A stretch of 64,000 nucleotides of DNA, taken from the NCBI RefSeq assembly GCF_006345805.1, contig NC_043009.1:62434001-62498000 (forward strand). Reading direction: 5' to 3'. The position numbers and the translations under genes are program-made. Positions 40,431-54,452 of the stretch are shown here, piece by piece. The DNA is from Octopus sinensis. Taxonomy: Eukaryota. The notes below the pieces were generated by a model. The model was not told the DNA's origin, did not search any database, and saw nothing but the letters and a program-made list of their open reading frames with translations. The first letter of the stretch is position 1. Each line of letters opens with the position of its first letter.

Positions 40431-40827
40431 AGGCGTAGGAGTGGCTGTGTGGTAAGTAGCTTGCTTACGAACCACATGGTTCCGGGTTTAGTCCCACTAC
40501 GTGGCAAATGCCTTCTGCTATAGCCTCGGGCCAACCAAAGCCTTGTGAGTGGATTTGGTAGACGGAAACTGAAAGAAGCCCGTCATATATATGTATATAC
40601 ATATGTGCGTGTGTGTGTGTGTGTGTATGTTTGTGTGTCTGTGTTTGCCCCACCCCCACCCCCAACATCGCTTGACAACTGATGTTGGGGATGCTAGCAG
40701 TTCGGCAAAAGAGACCGATAGAATAAGTACTAGGCTTACAAAGAATAAGTCCTGGGATCGATTTGCTCGACTATAAGGTGGTGCTCCAGCATGGCCACAG
40801 TCAAATGACTGAAACAAGTAAAAGAGT
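40431..40827 (+). mobile_element. SINE-C
   Basis: C head, internal microsatellite and C tail. Confidence 0.9.
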
Positions 40828-41282
40828 AATATTTAATTATAAAAATTACAATAGGATTTTTATAATTGAATAGATAACCAACGTTCGTTTGTTTACGTTC
40901 CCGTAACTTAGAGATTCAGCAAAAAAAAAAAACCGATAATATTAAGTTCCCGGCTTTAAACCCTTTAAGGCGGTTCCCCCAGAAGGGCTGCAGTCCAATG
41001 ATTAAAACAAGCAAAAAGTAAAACATGAAAGATATAAAGTTAAAAAGTATTAATCTGCGTAGATTTATTTGAAGTATTTGCTCCATTTTCTTGATTATAA
41101 AGATTTCGTTAATGACAAGAGTGCGGGATTTGAAGTTCAAAAGATTAATTACCGTATATTAAATTATTTTAATATAAACCTCATAACAAGCAACTGTATA
41201 ATTAGTTAATCTGAGTTCGAAGGTCACAGATTTTAGAAATATTAATTGTTGACAATCGAGTGAAGTACCAAGGTCTCATTAG

Positions 41283-41349
<67 letters not shown>

Positions 41350-41414
41350 ACGAAGGATTCGAAGTAAAACGTCTGTAAATTCTTCAAATGCTACGTGTGA
41401 CGTGTGGATTAGTG

Positions 41415-41690
41415 TCCGCGTGGCTTTGTGGTTTAGAAACTTGCTTCATAACCATGTGGTCTTGGGTTCAGTCCCACTGCACGGCACCTTGGGCAAGAAT
41501 CTTCTACAATAGCCTCGGGACGATCAAAGCCTTGTCAGTGGCTTTGGTAGACAGAAACTGAAAGAAGCCCTGTCTATTGCGTGTGTGTGTGTGTGTGTGT
41601 GTACGTACATATGTATGTGTGTCGTTTTTTTGTGTTTGTCCCCTACCACCGGTGTTGGTTTGCTAAAGTCCTCGTCACTTAACGGTCGGC
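41415..41690 (+). mobile_element. Diverged 3'-truncated SINE-C
   Basis: gtggctttgtgg..gggttcagtccc..ccttgggcaag..gaaactgaaagaagccc. Confidence 0.75.
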
Positions 41691-42204
41691 GATACACACA
41701 CACGCACACACTAGCATATATTCACACATATACACTTCCTAACATATACCACACATTCTCTCTCTCTCTCTCTCACTCTCTCTCTCTCTCCTGTCTTTCT
41801 TTCAACGCAAACACTAAATAAATAAAAAAAATCAGTGATGCCACTTGTGAAAGGTAGAGCTTAAGTTTGGCTCCAAAGACGGTAAAGAATGTCTTGTTTT
41901 GTAGGATTGGTCTGTTGTGTTCGGGTAGATCACAGCAGTGTGGTGACTCAATGTCATAAGAAAAGGTTTGTGAAATGGATATGGAACGAGAGAAATGATT
42001 ACAAAGTGTCTTCAATTATTCACCCGTTGCCGTTTACAAGTTCTGACGAAATGCTCCACCTTAAGCAGCGTTTCATCTAAATGTGTATATTTATTTAGCT
42101 TGGATTAATTCCACGGTGAACTCTGCAATTATATCTATCTATGAATGCACTCACCGTTTATAGATATAGTGAGTGTATATAATTTATATATGCATTTAAA
42201 AAAA

Positions 42205-42552
42205 TCGTCAGTCTTTACGGTCTGAGTTCAAATTCCACCGAAGTCGACTCTGCCTTTCCTCCTTTCGGGTTTGATGAAATAAGTACCAGTTACGTACTGG
42301 GGTCGATGTAATCGACTAGCCTCAGCCCTTCCCCCACAATTCAGACTTTTTACCTATTGTAGAAAGGATCATAGATGCACTAATAAGGCGACAAACTGGC
42401 AGAATCGCTAGCATGCCGTCTTCACGATCTGAGTTCAAATTTCGCCGAGGTCGGCTTTGCCTTTCATCCTTTCGTAACCAGTTGAACACAGGGGTCGACG
42501 TAATTGACTTACCCCCTCCCCGATTGCTGGCCCTGTGCCAAAATTTGAAGCC
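42205..42552 (+). mobile_element. Two same-orientation partial SINE-B copies
   Basis: gagttcaaatt..gtcgact..gcctttc core occurs twice. Confidence 0.75.
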
Positions 42553-42606
42553 ATTATACACACATTAAGCATATATTAAAGATATATATTCTGTATGGTT
42601 CTATAT

Positions 42607-42763
42607 CTAAGAAATGAGGAATTATGTACATTATTTACATTTGACGGATATTTGTCCTCATCTTCTTTGTTGGTAACACAATGGTTCGGCTGATATACCC
42701 TCCAGCCTTCATCATGATGGATGGTATGTCAGCCGAAACGTTGTGTTAAAGATGAGGACAAAA
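42607..42763. mobile_element. Inverted pair of Penelope-like terminal fragments with degenerate hammerhead
   Basis: Arms (..tttgtcctcatc..aacacaa..ttcggctgatat / ..tcagccgaaacgttgtgtt..gatgaggacaaa) pivot on CATG at 42713-42716. The minus arm reads tgatgaa GGCTG..CAGCC gaac. Confidence 0.6.
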
Positions 42764-42864
42764 ATTTTCAACCGAATGTGGTGAATTGTTTTTTCTTCTT
42801 CTCACTCTTATGTATATTTTTAAGTATAAATATGTAAACATACATTTTATACACACATACATAC

Positions 42865-42896
<32 letters not shown>

Positions 42897-42979
42897 TTGT
42901 GTTTGTAAACAATTATATATACTTGTTTGCAATACATCTATATATAATTATGTTTACAAACACACACATATACACACAT

Positions 42980-43049
<70 letters not shown>

Positions 43050-43703
43050 CGGGACAAAAGTAAATTTATAGAGCGTAGTGGTTGAAAATAAGAGCCTACA
43101 AACAAAGCTTGCATCCCTCATAAAAAATAATGAATAAATAAAAAGAGGGATTTTATCTGACTTTCCCGATTAGATTAGGGATCAGATGATTGGGCTTCTC
43201 GATATGCGATCAAACTTCTGTTCTTCATGAATTGTTAATGTTGGAAACAGTTTGAAAGAGAAACGCTGACGTTAGGAGCATTTCGTATTCAACGTTTTAA
43301 GCGCAATAAATAGGAGTGAACTCCAAAATAACCATTTTAATCGGAGAAATCTCTATTAAAATTCAGACATGACATATACATAAAAGTAATCTTTCCCAAT
43401 TTCATTCAAACGTTTTAAAAAGATATATACTTCACCAAAATTAAACGGTGATGCTGGATTAAAAAACCTGTAAGGGGTTTGGGCGGGGTTATGGGATTTG
43501 GTAGGATGATATGGTCTTCATTTATATTCCTTGTATTCAACACAAACAGATTAACTAATCGATTTAGAATTCTGTTATAAAATTCAGCAATGGTCAACTT
43601 CACACTCATCTGCTTTTGATTGATACCAGTAATATACTTTTCTGAATTGTATATAACTTCGTCTTGCAGACTGAACACCTAATATTTAACATTGAAGCGA
43701 CGA

Positions 43704-44396
43704 AAGGTTGCGAACTGGCAGGATCGTTAGCATGCCGGGCGAAATGCTTAGCTGTATTTCGTCTGTCTTTACGTTCTGAGTTCAAATTCCACCGAGGTCG
43801 ACTTTGCCTTTCATTCTTTCAGGATCGATAAATTAAGTGCCAGTTTCGTATTGAGGTCTATCTAATCGACTGGCCTCCTCCCCCAAAAATTTCAGGCCTT
43901 GTGCATATAGTAGAAACGATTATTAAACTGGGGGTGAGACGGTGTGCTTGGCAGAGTCGTCAACACGTCGGACAAAAATACTTAGCAACATTTCTTCCGT
44001 CTCTATGCTATGAGTTCAAAATCCACCGGGGTCGACTTTGCCTTTCATTCTTTCGGGGTCGATGAATTAAGTACCAATTGCATACAAGTGTCGATCTAAT
44101 TGACTGCCTGCCACCCAAAAAAAAAAAAATTTTCGGGCCTTGTGCCTAGAATAGAAAAGAATATTTAGGGAACGAGCCGGCAGAATTCTTTCCGCACCGG
44201 ACAAAATATTGAACAGCATTTTTTCCGACTTTACATTCTGTGTTCAAATCCCCCACCACCACGCCCCGGGGGTCGACTTTACCTTTCATACTTCCGATGA
44301 CGATAAAATTAGTACCAGTTGTGTACTGAGATCGATGTAATCGACTTAGCCCCCTCTCTCGAAATTGATGGCCTTGTGCCAAAATGTGAAACCAAT
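43704..44396 (+). mobile_element. Three head-to-tail SINE-B copies
   Basis: Three colinear heads/cores with tail variants. Confidence 0.82.
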
Positions 44397-44906
44397 ATTT
44401 AAATCTGTGGTCCAAAGATATTCGTGTTTCAATGTTCTTTGCATTAAGTTTTCTAACACTTTTTGCTTTTCGTGTGAATTAGCGTTTTTAGAATATTCGG
44501 CTTCTTATTCTCTTCTAGGAGCAAAAGTCAAATTTTATGTATTTGGTGATTCTGTCAATACTATTTCGGCAAGTACGATGTGGGCTGATGAAAGTAATGT
44601 CTGTAGTGAGGCATTTTCTCCTCCATATTCTTTAAGAGGTCAACTTGGGCCAACAGATTTTGGGATCTGACGATACGCCAAACCCTTTATGGACGGGAAA
44701 CCTAAGGTAATCCCATAAACCGGCCTTCTCCATTTTTAATATATACTGCTCTATATCTTAGAATGTGCTTCTTCCTTCGGATTTATCTTTTTTACAGACT
44801 ATATATATATAGAGAGAGAGGGGAGAGAGATAGGTAAATGTAGGGATAAGCAAGCTAGATCAATATAAAAAATATATTAAATACATAAAATACAAAAAAT
44901 GTATAT

Positions 44907-45320
44907 AGGCGTTGGAGTGGCTGTGTAGTAAGTATCTTGCTTACCAACCACGTGGTTCCGGGTTCAGTCCCACTGCATGACACCTTGGGAAAATGTCTTC
45001 TACTATAGCCTCGGGTCGACCAAAGCCTTGTGAGTGGATTTGGTTGAAGAAACTGAAATAAGCCCATCGTATATATGTATATATATGTATGTATGTATGT
45101 ATGTGTGTGTGTGTATGTTTGTGTGTCTGTTTGTCCCCACCCAACATCGCTTGACATCCGATGCTGGTGTGTTTACGTCCCCGTAACTTAGCGGTTCGGC
45201 AAAAGAGACCGATAGAATAAGTACTAAGCTTACAAAGAATAAGTCCTGAGGTCGATTTGCTCCACTAAAGGCGGTGCTCCAGCATGGCCGCAGTCAAATG
45301 ACTGAAACAAGTAAAAGAGT
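44907..45320 (+). mobile_element. Full-length SINE-C
   Basis: Near-consensus copy. Confidence 0.92.
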
Positions 45321-46137
45321 ATGCTTACATACGAAAAGGTTCGACTTACACAGAACACAAATGATCTTGAGAATTAAAGGGGTTGAAGAAAAGAATTCTC
45401 TGTATCATTTGTATTGTGTGTAAGTCGGACCTTTTTGTTTGTGAAAATATATGAATATTTTGTATTCCATGTATTTAGTATACTTTCTATATTGATCTGT
45501 CTAATTTGCTTATCCCTTCATTTATTTTTATACCCGTTCAAGTTTAAATCTGAGCACTACGAAGTGAATTCTATTCGGAGAATATCTGGTTCTCATCAAT
45601 GAATTATTTATATACAAATATAAAATGTGTTGTTTCATTATTGGGAGGATCAACAAAAGAGTAGTATACCGTCCAATGAATGCTACGAAAACGAGGCGGT
45701 CGGTCAAGGTTATATGGCGAGCCACGTGTTGCCAAACAGTCGTTCAGACTCAAATATGCAACATAAGATGGGGTTTTTTGTATCTTATTTTTTGTTTATT
45801 TGTTTATTTATTAATTATTCTCAGAGACCAGCCATATTATATATTTGGGTTTGAAAGATTGCTTGGAAATATACACAGTGCTCGCTAAACAAGCTTGACC
45901 GGCCGTCGTGTCTTCACGGCATGAAACTAATAGTAACTCAGATCTAAATCGTGTGTATATCGAATGATATATATATACATGTATATAAACATATATACAT
46001 GTATACACATGTATATACATATATATATACACACACATATATACATATATATGTGTGTGTGTACATATATATCTACACACACATACGCACACAAACACAC
46101 AAATATATATATATATATATGTGTGTGTGAGTATGTA

Positions 46138-46182
<45 letters not shown>

Positions 46183-46540
46183 ATGTATGTATATATATAT
46201 ATATATATCTACACACACAAATACACACACACACACACACACACACTGAACAGAATATTAAGATGAATTTAAAAACCATGTTTAGCCAAGCGAACCTCCC
46301 GTATGGTTTCATGCAAGGTCAGGCTCCGGCTTTATACTGTTCTGTTCAATCATGCCTGACGATACTTTGGTCACGCTTCCTGCTTAGGAAAGACTGACCT
46401 AGCATAACACTGTCCAGTAAATTTGCTTGGCCAAACATGGCTCTCGATTTATAAAACTGTATTCAAATTACGACCACTGTATTACTTGTATATTGAAAAT
46501 GCTATTTTTCCTAAACCCACATGGGCAGCCATGTCTGTCT

Positions 46541-46581
<41 letters not shown>

Positions 46582-47041
46582 CGTATGTCAAGAAGGATGT
46601 GTTCCTGTGTACTCCACGAGACATTGTCTTGTTGGACTGGGCGACATCTATAGCAGGGGCCTCCAAAGTGATCAATATCGATCACTGGGGTCGTTGTGAC
46701 TATTCAAGAGATCGATAAATGCCTAGAAACTGCACATCTACTTAATTCTATAATTATTATTTTCTTGTACTTGCCGGGCGGTGGGGTCGATAAGGAGTCA
46801 AGGATTCCATGAAGAGGTATATGGACTTGAAAGTTTGGGGAACTCTGATCTATAGCAACAACAATTGCGGTTGCATTCGAAGCATTAAATCTCTTGAGTT
46901 TCATTCAAACGTGGTTCAAATGTAAGGCACATGAATCCCACACAAGTTGTCCTTTGGATCTGAGTACATGTATACACACACACACACATGTATGTGTATG
47001 TATATATATGTGTGTGTGTGTGTATACACATATATAAGTAC

Positions 47042-47110
<69 letters not shown>

Positions 47111-47188
47111 TATATAGACACAGACATGCAGGCAGACAGATAGATAGACATGCAGACAGATAGATTGATAGATACATACATACATACA

Positions 47189-47291
<103 letters not shown>

Positions 47292-47906
47292 ATATATACA
47301 CACATATATATGTATATATTCTCACACACACAGCTACACATATACATCCATACACGCAAACACGCACACAACTCTGAAATCTTTTGAAAATGCATATAGT
47401 GAAAAAAAGAAAGAAAGAAATAATAAAAGACGTGCTCCCATTTCCGGGAACTACCGGAAGTACGGTGTGTGTGTAGCATTAATCTTGCTTATTTTATTTT
47501 CTCTCCTCCCGTTTACATTTATTCGCTAGCCTTCTTTCTTTTTCCTTCTCTCTCCCTACCCGTATCCCCACCGTATCTCGAAGTCCTTTCTGTTTTGTTA
47601 TTTCCCACCCGGCCTTATGTCACCACCTGCTCTCTCAACCCTTTTACTGCATTACAAATCTCTTCCACCCCTCGTACAGACAGACAGGATGTATTATTAT
47701 CAACCCAACTGGACGGTCCCTACTTTTTCTTTAAATCGAATCGAGTCAAACTGTGTCATAGCCACCCACCCACCCGTATGTTCACCCTCTTACCTACCAA
47801 TGCTCCATTTAACCCGAATCTCTCTCTATAAAACCCGATCTTTTGTCCGGAAGCTTGCCCTTGTAATATCCCTCGCCATCACACCCCATCCGTCGCCCTT
47901 GTGGCA

Positions 47907-47929
47907 ATAAAACATTATTATTATTATTA

Positions 47930-47966
<37 letters not shown>

Positions 47967-47968
47967 TA

Positions 47969-48044
<76 letters not shown>

Positions 48045-48052
48045 TACTATCA

Positions 48053-48083
<31 letters not shown>

Positions 48084-48129
48084 TACTATCATTATTATTA
48101 TTATTATTATTTTATTATTATTATTATTA

Positions 48130-48170
<41 letters not shown>

Positions 48171-48175
48171 TTGCT
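47907..48175. repeat. (ATT)n with periodic tactatcat interruptions
   Basis: Direct reading. Confidence 0.95.
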
Positions 48176-48359
48176 GCTGTTGTCGTTGTTAGACTATTTC
48201 ATCAATGCAGGAGAAAGCAGACATTTATTTATTTATTTTTTTAGTAATTTCTTGCAGGTGAGATTGCTGAACGTATAATATACGTGTGTATTATAAGTGT
48301 GTGTGTGTAATGTATGTTTATTTATGTACGTTTATTTATGTATGTATGTATGTATGTAT

Positions 48360-48394
<35 letters not shown>

Positions 48395-49294
48395 AACAAT
48401 CTGAGGAGGGGATGGCTGGTCTGCAATGACGTCACTAACTTGTCATTTGGGATTTGTTTGTGACCATTTGTCTACTAACGTCATAAGCCGCAACTAATTA
48501 CAGGTCTTACTGATTTTCTCTGGAGTTACAAAATGGTTTGTGGGGCGATGAGGAGGGGAGATGATCTCTTCTGATGTCGCAAGTTGTCTGATTTCATTTT
48601 TTGTGATATCAGAAATCGGTTTGCACATTTTCTTGTCATCTCACAAATTGGTAGTTCCATATTTTCGGTGACCATGTCGTGGCTGGATTACACCTCCGTT
48701 GAGTGATACTTTTGAGTATCGTAGATTATATCATAGTATGGTTATTAGTGAATGGATCTTGATCAAATTTCAATTTGTTATAACTTTGATCATAAAGTTA
48801 TCGTCGTTGGAAATCCCTTCAGATAAAAGATAAAGATACATCAGATTTAATTCCTGTAGACCCACATGTGACTATAAAAAATCAGAGGAGAATCAACAAG
48901 TCTCGTCGCAGACCGGGTAATTTATGTTTCACAGGAGCACAAATGTTCCGTTTGTTGTTTCACGTTGCTTTCTCCGGTCACGTTTGTTGTTGAGGTTTTC
49001 GGTTCGAGCTGTGTCGACGTGTTGGACTCCATCACAGATTATCTGGCTCCACTTGGTTAATCGCCAACGATTTTCACTTGTACATATTGAAACAACCCTT
49101 TTTCAAATTTTTTTTAAAGTACACTTTAAGACGATTTTATTTGCAGCCACCGCTTCTGGTATACACTTTCCATCATTTTGCTGCTTTGCTAACCGACCGA
49201 TGGTCCGGCATTCGCACAACATAGCCAGCCCGTTAAAGATAGCATCGCGTTATCAATTCAGTGAACATCAGCTTGCTAACACTGACAGCTTTCA

Positions 49295-49505
49295 CGTTGC
49301 TCCAGTCAATTCAGCTAGCAAAAATGATCTGTCCCTACAGTTCAAGGGCCCAGTCTTGCCACATTCTGTACTACACTGAATCTCCCTAAGAACTACGTTA
49401 AGATTGCATATGTCTGTGGAGTGCTCAGCCATTTGCACGTTAATTTCACGAACCGGCTGTTCCGTTGATCGGATCAACTGGAACCTTCGTCGTCGAAACC
49501 GAACG
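49295..49505 (+). mobile_element. 5'-truncated SINE group A (central module + tail T2)
   Basis: ttcacgttgctccagtc..gctgttccgttgatcggatcaactggaacc..gtcgtcg. Confidence 0.8.
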
Positions 49506-49563
49506 CCAGTTATCCATGGCATGGGAGCGAAGAGAGGCTGTAAGCACTTGACCAACGTGTTGT

Positions 49564-49863
49564 AATGTCTGATTAATTTAGATATGATCTAATATCGATT
49601 GTTGAAAGATATTCTTCAGGTTCAACTTGTGAAAGGGACCTTAAGTTTTCCACTTCCTTCGGAGACTCGTTTAATCTTTATTATAGGCATGTAGCCTGAA
49701 CAAAGAATGGACATAACAATTCGTTGTCCAGGCTACATGCCTATAATAAAGATTAAACGAGTCTCCGAAGGAAGTGGACGACTTAATGTCCCTTTCACAA
49801 GTTGAACCTGAAGAATATCTTTCAACGATCGATATTAGATCATATCTAAATTAATCAGACATT
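49564..49863. repeat. Near-perfect 300-bp palindrome (145-bp arms, 10-nt loop)
   Basis: 49564-49708 pairs with 49719-49863 with 6 mismatches by my count. Confidence 0.95.
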
Positions 49864-49881
49864 CCTTGAAATGATTTTTAA

Positions 49882-50195
49882 TACGAGGGTCGATTGAAAG
49901 GTCGTAGGCTGAACAAGATATTCTCATGGAATGTAACCAAATGAGATTTATTCTTGCTGCCCCCTCTTGCGGTCCTCACACTTGTTGAGATGATAGTAAG
50001 ATGAGGCCAGCTCAGGAGAATATGGAGGGTGATCAACCCAACTCAAAGCCACAGTCATGCACCGCAACCATTGAAAGCAAAGACATGTGTGCTGGAGCAT
50101 CGTCCTGATTAAACAAGACCCCTTCCGTCAGTTTTTCTGAGCGTTTGGACTTGAGAGACTTTCATAACTGCCTCGGCAAGTTTGCAAGCCATTGT
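49882..50195 (-). mobile_element. Second mariner remnant (internally deleted) with TACGAGGG-type terminus
   Basis: The minus strand translates with disruptions to ..KSKRSEKLTEGVLFNQDDAPAHMSLLSMVAVHDCGFEL/VDHPPYSPELASSYYHL. The terminus tacgagggtcgattgaaag at 49882 differs from the 2678 element, so this is a different subfamily. Confidence 0.8.
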
Positions 50196-50928
50196 GATGC
50201 ATTCATTGACAACTGCTTTTCTCCACCTTCTTTTCTTACTCTCGCTCTCTCCCGCCATGCTCTCCCTTCATCATGCTTCAGCCCTTATCACAGCACACAG
50301 GAAGTCCCATTATGATAGATAGTTTTGACAATTCCTCCGTCCTGTATACTCGGTGTTCAGGGTTCACGAATTTTCATTTAGTCACCGGTATCGCAAGGAA
50401 TCAAGATAGCGAAGACAGATGAATAGTCGCTAAATGCATCGGTAAACAAGTGGGTCCAGACGGGATTAAAATCTCATCCGAGATAACCCTTCCCAATCAC
50501 TCTGTCTTTGGTTAGTTTACTGATTGTTAAAAGCTCGCGCTTTCTCTCCACTCTCTCTCCCTCTGCCGATCTTTCTGTCTGTCTATATTTCTGTTTATCT
50601 ATCTGTCTGTCTGTCTGTATGTATGTATGTATGTATGTATGCATTTCTATGTCTGTATGTCTATCTGTTTATGACTCTATATATATATATAAGTACTAGG
50701 CTTCTAGAGAATAAGTTCTGGGGTCGATTTGTTCGACTAAAGGCGATGCTCCAGCATGGCCGCAGTCAAGTGACTGAAACAAGTAAGAGTATTATATATC
50801 ACACACACACACATCTATCTATAATTCTATTTCCCCATCTAACCATATATTCATGTACGACTATAGGAATTTGTGGTGTCTATCTGTCTACCTAACTATC
50901 TATCTATATATCTTATATATATATAATA

Positions 50929-50963
<35 letters not shown>

Positions 50964-51036
50964 ATATATATATTATATATATCCATCTATATATATATCC
51001 ATCTATATATATGTGTGTGTGTGTGTATCCATGATG

Positions 51037-51116
<80 letters not shown>

Positions 51117-51148
51117 GATAGATAATAGGTAGACGTAATAATATAGAC

Positions 51149-51200
<52 letters not shown>

Positions 51201-51334
51201 TATATATATCCATCTATTTACCTATCTATCCATCTACCTGCGCCTATCTGCCCATCTATCTATCTATCCATTTATCTACCAATCTATCAATCTATCCATC
51301 CCCCATCTATCTATCTACCTATCTATCCATCTAC

Positions 51335-51399
<65 letters not shown>

Positions 51400-53234
51400 G
51401 ATCTGTCTGTCCTTCTATATATGAATCTCTCTGTCAGTGTTGCCTACCCATCTACCTGTCCATTTTGTCAGTCCACCACCACCACCACCTCTATGTAACT
51501 CGGCAAAATTGTCTCAACATTTCTCAGATACGACCCCCCCACACACACACACACACTTCCACGAACATCCCATGTACAGAGAATGATGGGCTGGTGAGGT
51601 GGTTGTCCGAGAAAACGTGTCCCCCGTTGGAATAGCAGTGTTGTCATAGTAACCGCCATTACCGACCCCCCTCTCGTCTCCCCTACCGGATCATTACTAT
51701 AATTGAGGTGTCTGTGACATTTGACCTTGGTATATCAGTATTTATCTTTGTACAGACGGGGTGGGGTGGAGTGGTTGGTGGGTGGGGGAGGAATCAGAAG
51801 TTTAGGGAATCTTTCTTGAGATCCCTTAATTCCTCTTAGATTTGCACACACACTGGAAGTACTGGCGGGCGGGGCGGGGCGAGGAGGGGCTGGTGCTTGT
51901 GATGGTGGTGGTGGTAGTAGGAGTGGTGTGTGATAGTGGTGCTGGTTACGCTGACGATGACGATGATGACGAGGAGGAAGGTGTGGAAGATGGCGTATGG
52001 CAATGATGGTAGTGGGGGTTTTAGGCTATGATGATAATGATGACGACGACGACGATGATGATGATGCTACAGTTGTTATTGTATATATTTCTATAGTCTG
52101 CTTACCCTAAAGGTAATAAGCCTGATCTTCCACATCAAGGTACTCCTTAGACAGCGCAATGCCATCTAAAATCATTTCGTTTATAAGACATATCTTATAA
52201 CGCTAAGTGTCCAGTGTGATATTATTTGTAGAATTTGTAGAATATTAGGTGTGAGTGATATAGCCTGATGGATAGAACATTCAAATAAGTACCAGTTGAA
52301 TACTGGGGTCGATGAAATCGACTAACCCTTTACCCCGAAATTGATGGCCTTGTGGCAAAATTTGAAACCGTTGTCGTTGTGAGGGTGGGTGAGCTGGGGA
52401 ATCGTTAGAGCACAGGGGAAAATGCTTTGCAGTATTTCTTCTAGTTCTTTATGCTCAGAATTCGAATACCCCCGAGGTCAATTTTGCCTTTTTATCCTTT
52501 CTAGATCGAAAAAAATAAAGTACTTAGGGTTCGATACAATCTATTCGAGTTCCTTTCCAACAACCAATAGTTTCCTATCACTATCTCTCCTCCATTACTC
52601 CCTCTAACTATCTCTCACTCCTATCACTCTATTTTTCGCATCGTACTCATACTTTCTCTTCCTTCACCCTCAGGTTCCATGTCTGTTCTTACTCTCTCTT
52701 CTCTTCTCTTTCTTGGCCAAGTTTGTTTTGAAAAAAAAACGGTGAGTGAATGGGAATTTAGCCTTGCATGAAAGAAGGTCAACCAACACACTCTGTGATG
52801 TGGTTGATGAACGAACGGAGGCAACATAGGGTAGAGAGGACTTTTTGGTCTTGCTGGGGACATTTCAACTTCTCTAATGCTGGTGCCCCAATAAAATGCA
52901 CCCAGTACTAACGCCAACCATTTGGTAAAGTAGTTGGCTGGAAGAGAGTCCAGCTGAGAAATCATGCCAAAAGTGAAACCACCAACAATGAAGAGGTCCT
53001 TTGACTCATCTTGAACTCAAAATAGGAGCAAACTCGGACAGTTACGACACTTCCGACTCCTGTATCTATATATATATATATAGTATTTTTTTTAAGTTGA
53101 AACGATTCACAAGCTGTTACTCATCAGACAGTCACCAAGTTGTGAAGTCTTTCCAGCTTCAATAAAATACTATTTTACTCTACCTCTGGGGTTCGAGTAT
53201 TATTTTATTCTCTTTGTTTTGCACCTATTTGCTT

Positions 53235-53286
<52 letters not shown>

Positions 53287-53667
53287 TGTGTGTGTGTGTA
53301 CGTGTGTGTGTATTTAAATGTATAAAAGAATACCTTGGCTGTTACCTGCTCTGTATTTCTCGCAATTAAATCGATCAAAGCAACGCTTGCATTGTGCCAG
53401 ACTATTCGAAACACTTGTAAGCTAAATAAATCGTTGAAGCTGCATCTTCAATTCTTTACGTTTTTCCTAATCTAATCTGCAATTAATACACCGAATATAA
53501 CTGGCGTTCTACCACGGATTTACAAATTGTACCTGTCTCGGGAAAACAGTAACAACATATACTAACTGGGCAATTTAGTTAGCCAGGTCCTATTTCCACA
53601 GAGTGCTTACAGAGGTATTCGCCTGGATTTAATTAATCCCTATTTTCTTTCACCACACACACACACT

Positions 53668-53703
<36 letters not shown>

Positions 53704-53902
53704 GCATGTGAAAGAGGGGAAGAGTAACACCTGTGACTTCCTCCATTTGAGAATTTGCTGAGGTTTCTGCTGTTCGCACGAGAACAAAATCTGTTCGCCA
53801 TTGTAAACAAATAAATAGAGTTGTGGGAAAAGGAACGTCGGTGTCGACATTTATACGATAATGTATTGGTACTAAGCAAATGTTTTTTTTATTTTTCGTC
53901 AG

Positions 53903-54029
53903 TAGGGATCGGCCATGAATGTGAAGATGATAGCACACGACATTTGGCGAAGTTCGATAGCGAACCATCATCCCCATCATTCAGACGAAGATCCAGCCGA
54001 CCACCACCGACCGCCAGAGAACTGCTTTT
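53903..54029 (+). CDS. OTOP: Coding exon B of otopetrin-family gene (V GIGHECEDDSTRHLAKFDSEPSSPSFRRRSSRPPPTARELL F)
   Basis: Acceptor ttttttatttttcgtcAG at 53901-53902 and donor tt|GTAAGT at 54030. It starts in phase 1 and ends in phase 2; TT plus the first T of exon C gives Phe, joining in frame across a 711-bp intron. Confidence 0.75.
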
Positions 54030-54373
54030 GTAAGTACGATTCATATACATACATGTCGTGTATCGTATATCTATATCTCATGTGTGTAGTCTTTTTGTAG
54101 TAGTATTACATGCATCTGCTTGTCCTAAGTGTACTTTATATATATATCCATATATCTCACAATATACACACACATATATTATATATGTGTGTGTGTGTAT
54201 TATATATATACATATATATTATATATATATACATATATATACACACATATATATATTATATACATATATATAATATATACGTATATATTATATATATATA
54301 ATATTATATATACACATTATATTTTTTATATACATATATATATACACGTATATATATATATCATATATATCAT

Positions 54374-54452
<79 letters not shown>

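Noticed and set aside
48823-48916. Possible extra exon IKDKDTSDLIPVDPHVTIKNQRRINKSRRRP with phase-1 donor
   Set aside because: The acceptor is phase 0 (exon A ends in phase 1), the polypyrimidine tract is weak, and there is no in-frame ATG after the stop at 48793.
51640-51653. RFX X-box GTTGTCATAGTAAC
   Set aside because: The degenerate consensus is expected about three times by chance in 64 kb on both strands (rough equal-base estimate), so it is not evidence alone.
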